In this document: in pieces, positions 10,090 to 19,723 of the stretch | Position numbering within the stretch: position 1 is the first letter of the stretch | How the letters are laid out: each line of letters begins with the position of its first letter | Virus record (IMG/VR): IMGVR_UViG_3300030333_005770 | Location: 5,087-69,086 of that record | Source of the DNA: a virus | Reading direction: 5' to 3' (one strand) | Length of the DNA stretch: 64,000 bases | Notes under the pieces: model-generated | Database searches by the model: none | What the model was told of the DNA's origin: nothing | Seen by the model: the letters and a program-made list of their open reading frames with translations, nothing else | Position numbers and translations under genes: made by a program

Positions 10090-11420
10090 GGTGGGTCTTC
10101 GGGGTCGTGGTCGTAAATTTCAACGTATGTCAGGCCGTTGGCGTCGTCTTGATCGTAGAAGAAACCGCCTATGAAGGGGTCGCATACTACGTTTTGATCC
10201 CAATTACCGGCCGTATGAGAGGGGGTTAAGCTAAGAATCCATGCACCGCTCCCTCCATTTGCGGTGGAGTCCCATGACAGGGTATAACCACTGCCATCCG
10301 CTGCTTCATAGTAGCAATCGGGGTATCCCAACCAAGTCATCTCGATGGATGTGTAGGTGCCAGTGCCGTTAAGGGGGTCTAGATTGTCGGGCTCATAAAG
10401 ATACAACCAAATTGTTGAATACCCTGGATCGCACTCACACTCATCATCTCCGCCGTTTCCGCCGTTTCCGCCCCCTCCTCCGCTACAACTGATACTCTGA
10501 GAAGTCCAACTTTCACTCCCTTTACTGATCCAGCCAGATTCTGCGGAGACAAGTTCTAGACGTCCACAGTCAAACGTGAGGGTCTTCGTCTTTACGAAAG
10601 TGGTTAGAGTAAACGTGGTTGTGGTTACGCTTAGAGTGAAGTCGTGCGAGTGGGAATTTCCGCCACTCCCGTAGTGTTCGTCAGTCGAACAGTTCAAGCT
10701 GCTAGACACTCCCCCATCGTTATCAAGCTCTTGCTTTGTATCCGTTACGAAATCCACACTCCCTGTGAAGTAAGATTGGTCTTCGAGGTCTACCGATTTT
10801 TCATGGGTGGTTACTGGGGAAATACTGTCAATTTCACCGCAAGCGTTTAACTCTACCGCTCGCGTTTTGTACAAGATCTTAAGCGATGAGGGGCAGTCAT
10901 AATCTACACCTAGCGATATATCGACCATTTGATCGAAGCTTATGCATCTAGCATCTCCAAGGCTTACTTGATGGGTGTCAGAGTACAAATCGTCGTAACC
11001 AAGAGAGGTGCATGGTGGGCAGTCTAGATCAAAATATTTCTCTTCTTGGGGGCCAATCGCGTCTATCTCCCCGCAACTATTTATGGAAAACGCACGAAGT
11101 TGCGCAATCATTTCCAAAGCATTGTAGGGGCGCCCATCATTTATCGAAACATTTTCGAGCGCCATTACGGACACGCAGTTTGATCTATTGTATAGACTTA
11201 TTGTACCCAGGCTAATAGCTCCAAGGCTTATTTTATCGCCCGCCGTCCATCCAGAAGCTATGGATACCGGCCGGTAAATTGAACATTCCGGGCATTCCAA
11301 ACCGCTACCACCGCCGCCGGTAGATGAAGACCAGCCGCTAAATTGAAATTCCCAGCCGTTACCTTGTGGGTATATGTTTGTAGGGGGTGGAATAGTCCCT
11401 GAGTCTATGTCGGTGCTCAT
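10086..11420 (-). CDS. Cys-rich acidic virion/tail protein
   Basis: 444 aa; about 16 Cys; Gly linkers; internal repeats N.CGEID.I.P. Confidence 0.6.
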   Translation of the reverse strand: MSTDIDSGTIPPPTNIYPQGNGWEFQFSGWSSSTGGGGSGLECPECSIYRPVSIASGWTAGDKISLGAISLGTISLYNRSNCVSVMALENVSINDGRPYNALEMIAQLRAFSINSCGEIDAIGPQEEKYFDLDCPPCTSLGYDDLYSDTHQVSLGDARCISFDQMVDISLGVDYDCPSSLKILYKTRAVELNACGEIDSISPVTTHEKSVDLEDQSYFTGSVDFVTDTKQELDNDGGVSSSLNCSTDEHYGSGGNSHSHDFTLSVTTTTFTLTTFVKTKTLTFDCGRLELVSAESGWISKGSESWTSQSISCSGGGGGNGGNGGDDECECDPGYSTIWLYLYEPDNLDPLNGTGTYTSIEMTWLGYPDCYYEAADGSGYTLSWDSTANGGSGAWILSLTPSHTAGNWDQNVVCDPFIGGFFYDQDDANGLTYVEIYDHDPEDPP

Positions 11421-11746
11421 CAGTTAATTGGTTTTTGATCCCCTCGGCCGGGATTATTAGCAACTTGGTGGGCCTCTAAAATTACTTGGTTCCCCTCTTT
11501 ATCTATGCCCGCGATCTTATCACCCTGCTGAACTGATTGTTCGTTGGGGTCAGCTAAGTAGGTGGCGAGAGCATCTACAAAATCCTGTACATCGTCGACT
11601 CCCCATTCAAGGTTATGCCAAAACCGGCCGGACACGTGGTGTGTTATAGGACCGCGGCTTTTTAGAGTACGCCTTAGCCACATCCTAGCGCCTTTTACTG
11701 CGGAGTAGGTCTCTGGGGGACCGTATGTTTCAGGAGACCAAACCAT
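11420..11746 (-). CDS. Hypothetical protein
   Basis: 108-aa ORF tightly packed in the structural operon. Confidence 0.7.
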   Translation of the reverse strand: MVWSPETYGPPETYSAVKGARMWLRRTLKSRGPITHHVSGRFWHNLEWGVDDVQDFVDALATYLADPNEQSVQQGDKIAGIDKEGNQVILEAHQVANNPGRGDQKPIN

Positions 11747-11748
11747 AA

Positions 11749-14700
11749 TTACATTGTGGTTATTTTTTCATTCCTAAAGATTTTAAAACCACTAATGGAA
11801 AGCACCTCTCTAGAACTTGAACCCAAACAGTTACCGCTATTAGACCAAGCCGAGGCGGGCATGCCGGTATACGTTGCACTCCCCGATCGAATTGATCGAC
11901 CCATAAACTCTGCGTTGGCGGCGGTTGCCCAGTTAATGGTTAGTCCGTTGGAATATGTATAGTTACTACCCCCGCCTTTTTCCAAGACATCGTCACTACC
12001 GTCATAAAATCTTACATGCATGGCTGCTGTTGCGACCGGTGGCACATATGTGGTGTAGGAGGCAGGTGTGGTGCTGTATTCAACATCAATTTCACAAGGC
12101 CACATAACCGTGTATGGTGGTGTTTCTACTACCCCGTGTTCAGAGGTTGACACATTCCCGGGGACAGTGAAGGCGTGCGTTTTGTAAATAGTGTAGGAAT
12201 CTGCTACGGCGAAGGCTTCGGTAACGGAATAAGTTGTTATCCCATACTGATCCGTCTGTTCACTTTCTTCGACAACATCCCCACCACCGACGTGTTTTTG
12301 CCCAAGGGTAACCGTGGTCACTAAGTAATAACCCGCCCTATGAACCGTGGTTTCGCTCAGGACTACTGAGTTCCCGTTAAAGTCTTGGGAAAAAGTATTC
12401 GTAGTTTTGTGCCAAATGTCTGGGGCTACTTGATTGTACGATACGAAATCCCCGACTGCTGGAGCAGCTGGCGGGGTGGACGTTACAGTTGTCACGCTGT
12501 GTTTTTTAACAAAGGCTTTGGCGGGCAACCAGCTTTGTTCGTCCCAAGAGTCTACTTGGACGTCTGTTTTTTCCCCGATAAAATCGTCTTTACTTAAGTA
12601 AGATTTAGAACCGCTAACCTCTGCGGTAGTGTGGTCTAGGTCTAATTCAGATATTGTTGTGTATTTAACACCCTGGCTGATCCTGAAATTAGTGTCTTGA
12701 ACAGCCGGCGTGTGCGTAGACCGGGAGGAATATCTGGTCTTTTGGTACCCGTCTTCCTCGGTTACTTGGATATCGAAAGCATCGGCGGGCGGGTTTGCGG
12801 TCCCAAGTATGACATAGGTTTCGATTTGGTATGTTTTTTCCTCCCGGGTTGACTCAAGGATTTGACCGCTTCCGTGGGCATAAACCCGGGTTATCGCGGA
12901 ATATATGTCATAAGTGTGGTCTCTTTCAGATATTAGAGTTCCTTGGGCGGGTGTGTTTGCAGAGTCCCAAGTGCTCCCGATTTGTGTAAGTGTGTATATT
13001 ACCAAAGCCCCGTTATTCCGGGTATCGGTTTTTGAATCTATTAGTCCGCTTTGGCTAGTGGTTATACTTACCCGCTCAATGATGTAGCCGTCTTGTTCGG
13101 ATACGTCACGTTTGAGTTCGTTAGTCTGTAAAGTGGTTGGTACAGTAGCGGTCGACAGATACAGGGTGGTTATCTCCGTAACCTCGGCTTGGCCCACCTT
13201 ACGGACTCCCCGGCTTATTTCCCCCGTACCCTTTGCATACACTCGGGTGATTGCTGGAAATGTCTGGAATTGGTGGTTCCGTTCCGATATAAGTGTGTAA
13301 TTTGTGGGTACGTTGGCTGGGTCCCAAGCGCTACCTAATTGGGTTCGTGTTTTGATCAGTAGCGCACCGTTATGTTTGGTGTCCGTCTTGTCATCAACCA
13401 GCCCAGTTAGCGCAGTAGTTACTGTAATCGTTACAACCTCGTAGCCATCTTTTTGGTCTACTTTTCTAGACAGTTCGTTTGCTGCTAAGGTTGTACCGAT
13501 AGTTGTTCCAGTTGCGCGGAGATATACCTGTTCAGTAACCTCAGTAAGCCCTACCTTTTTGGTAGATTCTCCGATCAAACCGTCCCCCCGAACAATCGTG
13601 TTTTTGAAAACATCGAACTCACCTTTAGTGTCTTCGGACTCCGAAATTATGACAAAATTACCAAGAGATGTGTGTGGGTCTCCGCTCGGGTAAACAAAGT
13701 CTACAACATTTTGAATGGTTGCGGCTTGCCCGTAAGAAATAGATTGAATGACTTCTAGCTTATGGGTTCCCTCGTCCCCATGTTTATACGCAACGGTTGC
13801 GTCTACTACGCCTGTTGCGTTAGATACATCGACCCCTCGGATGGTGTGGAGTTCGTACCCATCCTTTTCGTCCATACTAACAAAAGTCTGTCTTGTGAAA
13901 CTGGGGATAGCACTACTGGGAACAGTCCCGTTCTCACCCGTCAAAAATTGGATGGTTTTTACTTCAACCGTATTGGGTGGTTTACCTTTGACCTCGCTTT
14001 TCTCAGAGATCAAACCGTAGCCCTTGGCATACTTAACCGTCCACACGGTTTTCCCAACCTGCCCATAGTCAGCGTTGCCCGGGCCTTCGCTATTTTCGGT
14101 TTCAAACCATGGACCTGTTGGTCCGGGGCCTTCGGTCGGATCAGGTGTTTGGGGTTTAGCGACTCCGCGCAGGGTTCTTATTTCAAGCTTATGGTTTGGG
14201 TATTGCCCGTGTAAGTAGTCTACTTTTTCAGAAAGAACGCCGTCTTCGTAGTATTGCTCTATAAATTCCGTGAAGACTTCCGTTTCTTTGGATTGTACAG
14301 TCCCCAATATGCACTTGGCTCCATTCGCACTGCCGTCAGGAACCATTACAAAATCAACACCCACCCTCCCCGTTTGGTAATGTTGCGCGTAGGGGTTTTT
14401 AACTATGTAGGTTCTTTTAAGGGATAGGCGATCTTCTCCCGTTACCTGAATTTCATCGCCTCCAACCTGTACAGGTTCGCTGCTATTATCAAGCTCCTGG
14501 TACACGCGGGTAAGAATGACCTCATTTATATTCTGGCCGGGGTCAATAGACTGCTGTACTAAATAAGCCCCGGTGCCCTCAGCCGTACGATCTTCTCGAT
14601 CTACTTCGTCAGCTAGAGCCCCCGCAATCTGTACATTTTTTAGATCCTGAGTGGTGGTTGCGTCAAACTCAACATCGGCGGTACCCATAGGTAGGAACAC

Positions 14701-14823
14701 TTCCGATTCAATCGTGGCTTTTTCCGATATATCCCCCTGGACAACATACCGACGCGTGATTTTACGCAGCCCATTGGTATCGCGTTCGATCTTTGGGCGA
14801 CCTAGTATCCGAAGATAGCTCAT
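11749..14823 (-). CDS. Large Thr-rich virion protein with tandem internal repeats
   Basis: 1024 aa; two clear ~120-aa repeats (GL.D.KTDT..NGAL...LISER.H....AITRVYA.G.G.I) plus degenerate copies. Confidence 0.65.
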   Translation of the reverse strand: MSYLRILGRPKIERDTNGLRKITRRYVVQGDISEKATIESEVFLPMGTADVEFDATTTQDLKNVQIAGALADEVDREDRTAEGTGAYLVQQSIDPGQNINEVILTRVYQELDNSSEPVQVGGDEIQVTGEDRLSLKRTYIVKNPYAQHYQTGRVGVDFVMVPDGSANGAKCILGTVQSKETEVFTEFIEQYYEDGVLSEKVDYLHGQYPNHKLEIRTLRGVAKPQTPDPTEGPGPTGPWFETENSEGPGNADYGQVGKTVWTVKYAKGYGLISEKSEVKGKPPNTVEVKTIQFLTGENGTVPSSAIPSFTRQTFVSMDEKDGYELHTIRGVDVSNATGVVDATVAYKHGDEGTHKLEVIQSISYGQAATIQNVVDFVYPSGDPHTSLGNFVIISESEDTKGEFDVFKNTIVRGDGLIGESTKKVGLTEVTEQVYLRATGTTIGTTLAANELSRKVDQKDGYEVVTITVTTALTGLVDDKTDTKHNGALLIKTRTQLGSAWDPANVPTNYTLISERNHQFQTFPAITRVYAKGTGEISRGVRKVGQAEVTEITTLYLSTATVPTTLQTNELKRDVSEQDGYIIERVSITTSQSGLIDSKTDTRNNGALVIYTLTQIGSTWDSANTPAQGTLISERDHTYDIYSAITRVYAHGSGQILESTREEKTYQIETYVILGTANPPADAFDIQVTEEDGYQKTRYSSRSTHTPAVQDTNFRISQGVKYTTISELDLDHTTAEVSGSKSYLSKDDFIGEKTDVQVDSWDEQSWLPAKAFVKKHSVTTVTSTPPAAPAVGDFVSYNQVAPDIWHKTTNTFSQDFNGNSVVLSETTVHRAGYYLVTTVTLGQKHVGGGDVVEESEQTDQYGITTYSVTEAFAVADSYTIYKTHAFTVPGNVSTSEHGVVETPPYTVMWPCEIDVEYSTTPASYTTYVPPVATAAMHVRFYDGSDDVLEKGGGSNYTYSNGLTINWATAANAEFMGRSIRSGSATYTGMPASAWSNSGNCLGSSSREVLSISGFKIFRNEKITTM

Positions 14824-14824
14824 A

Positions 14825-15574
14825 TTACCAACCCCCGCGTTTAGTCAGTCTCAAAGACCCTTTATGTTTCTGCGGTGTGGACAAGGTATTCAACCTTTTC
14901 CGGGCGCTCATTGCGGCCTTCTCCAAGAACTCACGGTTTTGACCGTTGTACCGGGGGTCTGACAATAGTTTTTCTTGTGCGATGGGGAATAGTATATCCC
15001 ATACAACATCGCCCGGAAGTCTCGGCTCATCAGTATCGTTAGAAAGTTCGGCCGGCATTATGTTTGCCCTGACACGGACTTGGTAGTCTGAGTCGGGTCT
15101 GGGGTAAACATAGAAACGGGTCTTGACGCTGTCGTCCGTCCCCTTGTCCATAGTGTCTACATAATACCACAAAGGTTGACCCTTTTCGGCTTCCTTGGTG
15201 TGGAATCGGGGCCACCCCGGGCCTCTAAAACCGGGGGCCTTAAAATCGTGACTGTAGTGGGAACGTACACGGATTTCATCTTCGGGGCTAGAGAACGGGC
15301 TTAAGGGGCCTATACCAAGCAATTCCGGTATCTTGTCTACGTCGATAACATCGCGGTCTAACTCTGCAAACAGTTGGTCTTCAGCAAATGTTAAAGTGAT
15401 CTCTCTCGCCGACCAATGGGGTCGTCGACCGTCTATGGGTAGATAGCATTCCCGATATGCTTGATTTACATATATCCCGATTCTTGCTTGGTCTACTGGG
15501 GGCAGATCTGCTACCCCCGACGCACCCAACATTGTGGACAGCTGATTTTTAAGATCTAAAAAGGTAATGGCCAT
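14825..15574 (-). CDS. Head-tail adaptor-like protein
   Basis: TF.DLK.Q N-terminus, F.VYP.PD..Y motif, located after the capsid genes. Confidence 0.65.
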   Translation of the reverse strand: MAITFLDLKNQLSTMLGASGVADLPPVDQARIGIYVNQAYRECYLPIDGRRPHWSAREITLTFAEDQLFAELDRDVIDVDKIPELLGIGPLSPFSSPEDEIRVRSHYSHDFKAPGFRGPGWPRFHTKEAEKGQPLWYYVDTMDKGTDDSVKTRFYVYPRPDSDYQVRVRANIMPAELSNDTDEPRLPGDVVWDILFPIAQEKLLSDPRYNGQNREFLEKAAMSARKRLNTLSTPQKHKGSLRLTKRGGW

Positions 15575-15608
15575 AATCTTAAAATAACCCAAGAAGGGCC
15601 CGGGGCCT

Positions 15609-15617
15609 ACCGGTTGT
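15609..15617 (-). promoter_or_regulatory. ACAACCGGT late-promoter box, copy 1
   Basis: Box, 22 bp, TATTTT, 6 bp, ATG (15574). Confidence 0.65.
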
Positions 15618-15618
15618 A

Positions 15619-15954
15619 TTACGTAGCTTCTTTTTTGGCCGTCTTTCGACCCTTGGCCTTTGGCTTTTTCTCCTCGGCCTTAGGCTCTTCTTCCTCGGCC
15701 TTAGGCTCTTCTTCCTTGGCCGATGCACAGCATTCTTTTTCCTCGCCTACCCAGACGGAGAAATAGAGGTGTTTATACATCTTACCCTGGGCTCTAAAGA
15801 TATCATCCACCTGCTTCTGGCCCTCAGGCTCGTATGCATAGTGTCGAATCTCAGGATCCCACAAAAAATTGTAAGGTATGCGAGACATACCTTTTACGCG
15901 AATATTGGGGGTGGTACCCATTTGGTCTCTTTTTCCAAGGATGATTATTTTCAT
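15619..15954 (-). CDS. Hypothetical protein with AEEEEPK repeat tail
   Basis: 111 aa; short tandem DNA repeat at about 15670-15720. Confidence 0.7.
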   Translation of the reverse strand: MKIIILGKRDQMGTTPNIRVKGMSRIPYNFLWDPEIRHYAYEPEGQKQVDDIFRAQGKMYKHLYFSVWVGEEKECCASAKEEEPKAEEEEPKAEEKKPKAKGRKTAKKEAT

Positions 15955-15963
15955 AGTAAATTT

Positions 15964-16004
15964 AAAAACACCAAAGCCCCTCCGGATATGCTCCGGAAGG
16001 GGCT
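15964..16004 (-). terminator. Probable intrinsic terminator after the capsid gene
   Basis: AGCCCCTTCCGGA-gcata-TCCGGAGGGGCT followed by TTGGTGTTTTT. Confidence 0.6.
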
Positions 16005-16052
16005 GGGCTAGGCGGGTTAAACAAGGAAAACCCGCTATGTGGTGGATGGGAA

Positions 16053-17558
16053 TTAGTTGGCAAGGGTCAGACCTGGTACTTGGCGTACCACTTCGACCAG
16101 CTGTACCGACGGGATCCGGCCACGGGTGTCCTTGCGGGCGGCCATTCCGTAAACGGACTGGACACCTACCGAAGACAGGTGCGACTGGTTTCCAGAATTG
16201 GCGTAATCGTCGTAGTGGAAGATCTGCTCTCCGAAGACGCTACCCTTAGCGTAGTAGAGTGCATTTCTACCCATGGACAACGCGTATCCAATTGGAGTTC
16301 CGATGGCGTTAGCTTGGACGAATGTCGATCCTGGACCGAAGGCGTGGTCTCCGTTACCCTTTTCAGTACCGGCCGTCAAAGTGAGGGAAACCCACTGAAG
16401 GTTTTCGATCTTTCCAAGGTCTGAGGAGAAGTCCGTGTGCTGGTAGCTATAGAGATTGACATGGCCATTCGGGTCGATACCGAGAATGTAGAATTGCCCG
16501 GTTTCGCGAATTGCGTCCGCACCTCCACCGCCAGGAATCTTGACGTTGGAACCGAGGAAGTTTGCCATGTGATCTCCAGCTTCAGCAGCTGCTTGGTAAC
16601 CCACACCGGTTGCGGTGACGTCTGCGATGTCCTCGAAGTTCGAGAAGCTGGGCAGAAGCGGGCTACCTTGACGGCCACGGGCCGTGTCCATGATGACATT
16701 GTGGTTAGCGATGATGTTGTTGTCCCACTTGGCGTACGAACCGGTGTACAGCTTGTTGCTGTCGGAACGGACGTCAGCTTGCGTGATGGCCTCGAGGTAA
16801 TCGGGGTCGGAACGCAAAGGACGAAGGCAAGCGTCAGGAGCAAAGAAGAGATAACCAGGAATGTCCTGATTGATATCTCCGCCAGTGTTCATGGGCTCAC
16901 CGCCGGAGGCGATAAGAGCTTGCTTGGCTTCCTGGATGATGTCGGTCGAAAGACCTTCGGAGTACTTGAGGGCCCCATTTGCGCCGGTTCCGTAAGCTGC
17001 AAGCAGGTTGCGGGAAGCGTTGGCGGCATTCAAGCAGACCTGACGCATGACGAATTGGATGTGGTCCTGCTCGGTGCGGGCCATCCATTCGGTCATTACC
17101 TCGGCCGAAAGCTGGTCGATCGTTTTTCCGGTGAAACGCATAAGCTTGATGACTTGCGTCCAAGCGACAGCATGACGAACGAGATCGATTTCTACCGCGA
17201 AGGTATTGAAGTCGAGGCTGTCCGTGGCGTTCTTAAGCGTATCTTCCCCGCGGACACCTTGTCCACGAATAGGAGCAACGGTCGTGAAGACTACCCGGTC
17301 GGAACCACCTGCGGACAGGTCGCGCTTCTCGGTAATAGGCTTGTCACTTCCTTCTCCCCCGATGAATTTGTCGAACACGTTTTTTTCCCGGGCATCCCGA
17401 GTTACGAGTTCGGACCAAACTTTGGAACGCAATTCGGACTGCGGTCCGTCGAGGAGGCCTTGGTAGGATGTTATGTTTCCTTGTACCAGATCGACGTTTC
17501 CGGCGCCGGCGGCGGCGGTGATCGGGTTAGGATTTGCTGGTATAGTTTTGTCTGGCAT
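16053..17558 (-). CDS. Major capsid protein (N4-gp56/DUF4043-like)
   Basis: 501 aa; DL..GG.D.V.F, GV.GE.TL, ID.VRHAV and LRSDP.Y motifs; follows the scaffold gene; biased codon use. Confidence 0.85.
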   Translation of the reverse strand: MPDKTIPANPNPITAAAGAGNVDLVQGNITSYQGLLDGPQSELRSKVWSELVTRDAREKNVFDKFIGGEGSDKPITEKRDLSAGGSDRVVFTTVAPIRGQGVRGEDTLKNATDSLDFNTFAVEIDLVRHAVAWTQVIKLMRFTGKTIDQLSAEVMTEWMARTEQDHIQFVMRQVCLNAANASRNLLAAYGTGANGALKYSEGLSTDIIQEAKQALIASGGEPMNTGGDINQDIPGYLFFAPDACLRPLRSDPDYLEAITQADVRSDSNKLYTGSYAKWDNNIIANHNVIMDTARGRQGSPLLPSFSNFEDIADVTATGVGYQAAAEAGDHMANFLGSNVKIPGGGGADAIRETGQFYILGIDPNGHVNLYSYQHTDFSSDLGKIENLQWVSLTLTAGTEKGNGDHAFGPGSTFVQANAIGTPIGYALSMGRNALYYAKGSVFGEQIFHYDDYANSGNQSHLSSVGVQSVYGMAARKDTRGRIPSVQLVEVVRQVPGLTLAN

Positions 17559-17607
17559 AGCTAGATAAGTATAGGATTAATGATAGTTGAATTAATCCCT
17601 TAACAAC

Positions 17608-18612
17608 TTACCGGCGAGGTTGAGCCCCGCCTTGTGCGCCTAACAGCTTGTACAAATCTTCAGTAGAAAGGTTAGGCAAGGCTTGCTCAACACCGGCTGC
17701 CGTTAAGGGAGCGGTTGCTGGCTGCGCTGCGGTTCCAGTCGTAAGAACTTTGGCTTGCGTCCCGAGTTGTGGAGCTTGCAAGGGTGGCGCTTGAGGCGCT
17801 TGCCCCTGTTCAGCGGCTAGTCGGGCTGAAAACTGACTCGCCATAAGTTCCGGCCACATGGGCGATTGGAACACAGCTTCTAAATCGGGATCGTCCTGAG
17901 CCTGGCTTACAAAATCATCGAACTGTTTGCGGACGACAGAGTTGTCGTCAGCTAGTTCGGGATATTGTTCGTAAACTCTGTCCCGGCTATCCACCGCGCG
18001 TTGCTGGTGGTAGTTTTGTGCTTCATATCTCTCAGCTTCTTCTTGTCGCTCTCTCCTAGCGTACATGTTTTGAAGCGCCAGTTCCCTCTTCATAACCTCA
18101 CGCTGTAATTGAAGCGCTTGGGTTGTTTCGAGTTCTTCGGCAGCTTGGTCAACCTGTTGCTCAAGTTGTGCGATCTCTTGCCGGAGTTGTTGCACTTGGC
18201 CGTCAAAAGGGTCGGGCTGATGAGCCTCGGGTGCTTGCGGCGATTCTTGGGCTTGTGGATAGTCAGTCTGATAAATAATACGCGATGCGTCTTCAAAACT
18301 TCCGGAAAAGCCTTCGGACCTGTAAAGGTCGATGACTTGTTGATCCAGCTCGTTTCGAGGACGTATCCGTCTTTTTGCCAGACGATCTTCTTCCTCCCCG
18401 ACGTTAAAACCTGGGTCTTCCGGCTGTTCGCCTTCGACCTCCGGCTGATCGGTATATTCCGTCTCGTCGGTAGCAACTTCTTCAGTTGCGGGGACTTCTT
18501 CCGTAGAAGGAGCCTCGGTTAGCCCTAATGCTTCGCGGAGGTCGTTAGTTGACGCGTCCTCGATAGCTACATCATTTTGCGGGGAGTTAACCTCCGCGTT
18601 TTCAGTTTCCAT
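17608..18612 (-). CDS. Capsid scaffolding protein
   Basis: Acidic, Q/E-rich coiled coil directly upstream of the capsid gene. Confidence 0.75.
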   Translation of the reverse strand: METENAEVNSPQNDVAIEDASTNDLREALGLTEAPSTEEVPATEEVATDETEYTDQPEVEGEQPEDPGFNVGEEEDRLAKRRIRPRNELDQQVIDLYRSEGFSGSFEDASRIIYQTDYPQAQESPQAPEAHQPDPFDGQVQQLRQEIAQLEQQVDQAAEELETTQALQLQREVMKRELALQNMYARRERQEEAERYEAQNYHQQRAVDSRDRVYEQYPELADDNSVVRKQFDDFVSQAQDDPDLEAVFQSPMWPELMASQFSARLAAEQGQAPQAPPLQAPQLGTQAKVLTTGTAAQPATAPLTAAGVEQALPNLSTEDLYKLLGAQGGAQPRR

Positions 18613-18646
18613 GACCCGAGAATATCTATTTTTCCGAGAAAATGTA

Positions 18647-18655
18647 ACCGGTTGT
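18647..18655 (-). promoter_or_regulatory. ACAACCGGT late-promoter box, copy 2
   Basis: Box, 22 bp, TATTCT, 6 bp, ATG (18612). Confidence 0.7.
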
Positions 18656-18678
18656 CTATATAAAATGGATTGCGTAGA

Positions 18679-18837
18679 TCATTTCTTACGTTCTTTCCAC
18701 ATTTTTCGGAAAGATAACATAAGATGAACAAGAGTTAAGATACCACAAACAAAAGCAAGATAGGGGTTAACATCGGTCAAACCAAAGGTGGCTCCAGACC
18801 CAGCAAGGCCAATAACAGCATTCGTTCCGTCATTCAT
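18679..18837 (-). CDS. Small membrane protein, holin-like
   Basis: 52 aa from MNDGTNAV; hydrophobic segments; basic C-terminal tail RKMWKERKK. Confidence 0.5.
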   Translation of the reverse strand: MNDGTNAVIGLAGSGATFGLTDVNPYLAFVCGILTLVHLMLSFRKMWKERKK

Positions 18838-18851
18838 TAGATTAATCTCGT

Positions 18852-18947
18852 TTATTTGCAAACCTCGAAGGTTATAATAATAAGTACAAAGACAATAACG
18901 GCAGCTACCATTTTTTGTTTTGTGGTTAAAAGCTTTATATTTTTCAT
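18852..18947 (-). CDS. 31-aa single-TM peptide (MKNIKLLTTKQKMVAAVIVFVLIIITFEVCK)
   Basis: ATGA overlap with the upstream gene; one TM helix. Confidence 0.45.
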   Translation of the reverse strand: MKNIKLLTTKQKMVAAVIVFVLIIITFEVCK

Positions 18948-19420
18948 GATGGTCTTGGCGGTTCTCTAAGTTCTGGGTTATTTGCCCCCACAGTACGGGT
19001 TGGGAAGGGGGCTCGTGTTTGGTGCTTAATCGCTTCGCTCTTTGAGCATTGCCGGGCGACAAATATTGGGATAGCCAGATATGCCCCCAAGCAAACGGCC
19101 GCAATTATTAGGATCCTTTTCACATACGAAGTGAATTGGTCAAATAACCCGGCGTGTTCACCGGCTTGCTGCCTAAGCAACGCTTCTACATCACCCTTTG
19201 AAAGGGCCTCTATGGTATCTTTGGCTTCAGTCAACTCTTCGTTACCTCTGAATATCTCGCCCGACAGACCCCCACCGGCCGCACCGACTGCCGCTCCGCC
19301 CGGGCCGGCTAACACTGCCCCCGTTGCCCCGCCTACCGTTGCTCCAATTGTCGGGTAGAACTGCTTAAAGGAGCAGCCCGTAAAACAAATAAGCATACTA
19401 AGTATGGCAATGTATCTCAT
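18944..19420 (-). CDS. Lipoprotein with glycine zipper and C-terminal TM
   Basis: Signal peptide ending FTGC; GATVGGATG...GAAGG zipper; ILIIAAVCLGAYLAIPIFV TM segment. Confidence 0.65.
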   Translation of the reverse strand: MRYIAILSMLICFTGCSFKQFYPTIGATVGGATGAVLAGPGGAAVGAAGGGLSGEIFRGNEELTEAKDTIEALSKGDVEALLRQQAGEHAGLFDQFTSYVKRILIIAAVCLGAYLAIPIFVARQCSKSEAIKHQTRAPFPTRTVGANNPELREPPRPS

Positions 19421-19457
19421 AAAAGAAAAAGGGCTTGGAGTATTAAACCCCAGCCCT
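19421..19457 (-). terminator. Intrinsic terminator
   Basis: AGGGCTGGGGT...ACTCCAAGCCCT followed by TTTTCTTTT. Confidence 0.55.
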
Positions 19458-19486
19458 GATGGTTTAAAGTAATATGATATCTAAGA

Positions 19487-19723
19487 TCAGTCTTCAGCAT
19501 CGAGAGCTTCGACGAAATCTTCCGGGGCGATTTCTTCAGTGTCCCCGGAATCGTTAACTGGGAATGGTCCGTCAGCAGAAACGGGAATGCCGTACTTGCC
19601 GTCGACCTCTATAACCGGCCCGTAACCCGAGCTCCAGCGACCGTCAAAACGGTCATTAAGTTCAGAGTTCCGAGCGTTGGCCGCTTCTTCGGTTTCAAAT
19701 ATTTCTAGAGTAATCATGTTCAA
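19487..19723 (-). CDS. Hypothetical acidic protein (possible tail-fibre chaperone)
   Basis: 78 aa, directly after the fibre-like genes. Confidence 0.6.
   Translation of the reverse strand: MNMITLEIFETEEAANARNSELNDRFDGRWSSGYGPVIEVDGKYGIPVSADGPFPVNDSGDTEEIAPEDFVEALDAED

Noticed and set aside
16437-17564. 375-aa antisense ORF over the capsid gene, and similar shadow ORFs (e.g. 44623-45534)
   Set aside because: Explained by codon bias of the real minus-strand genes; no protein motifs.
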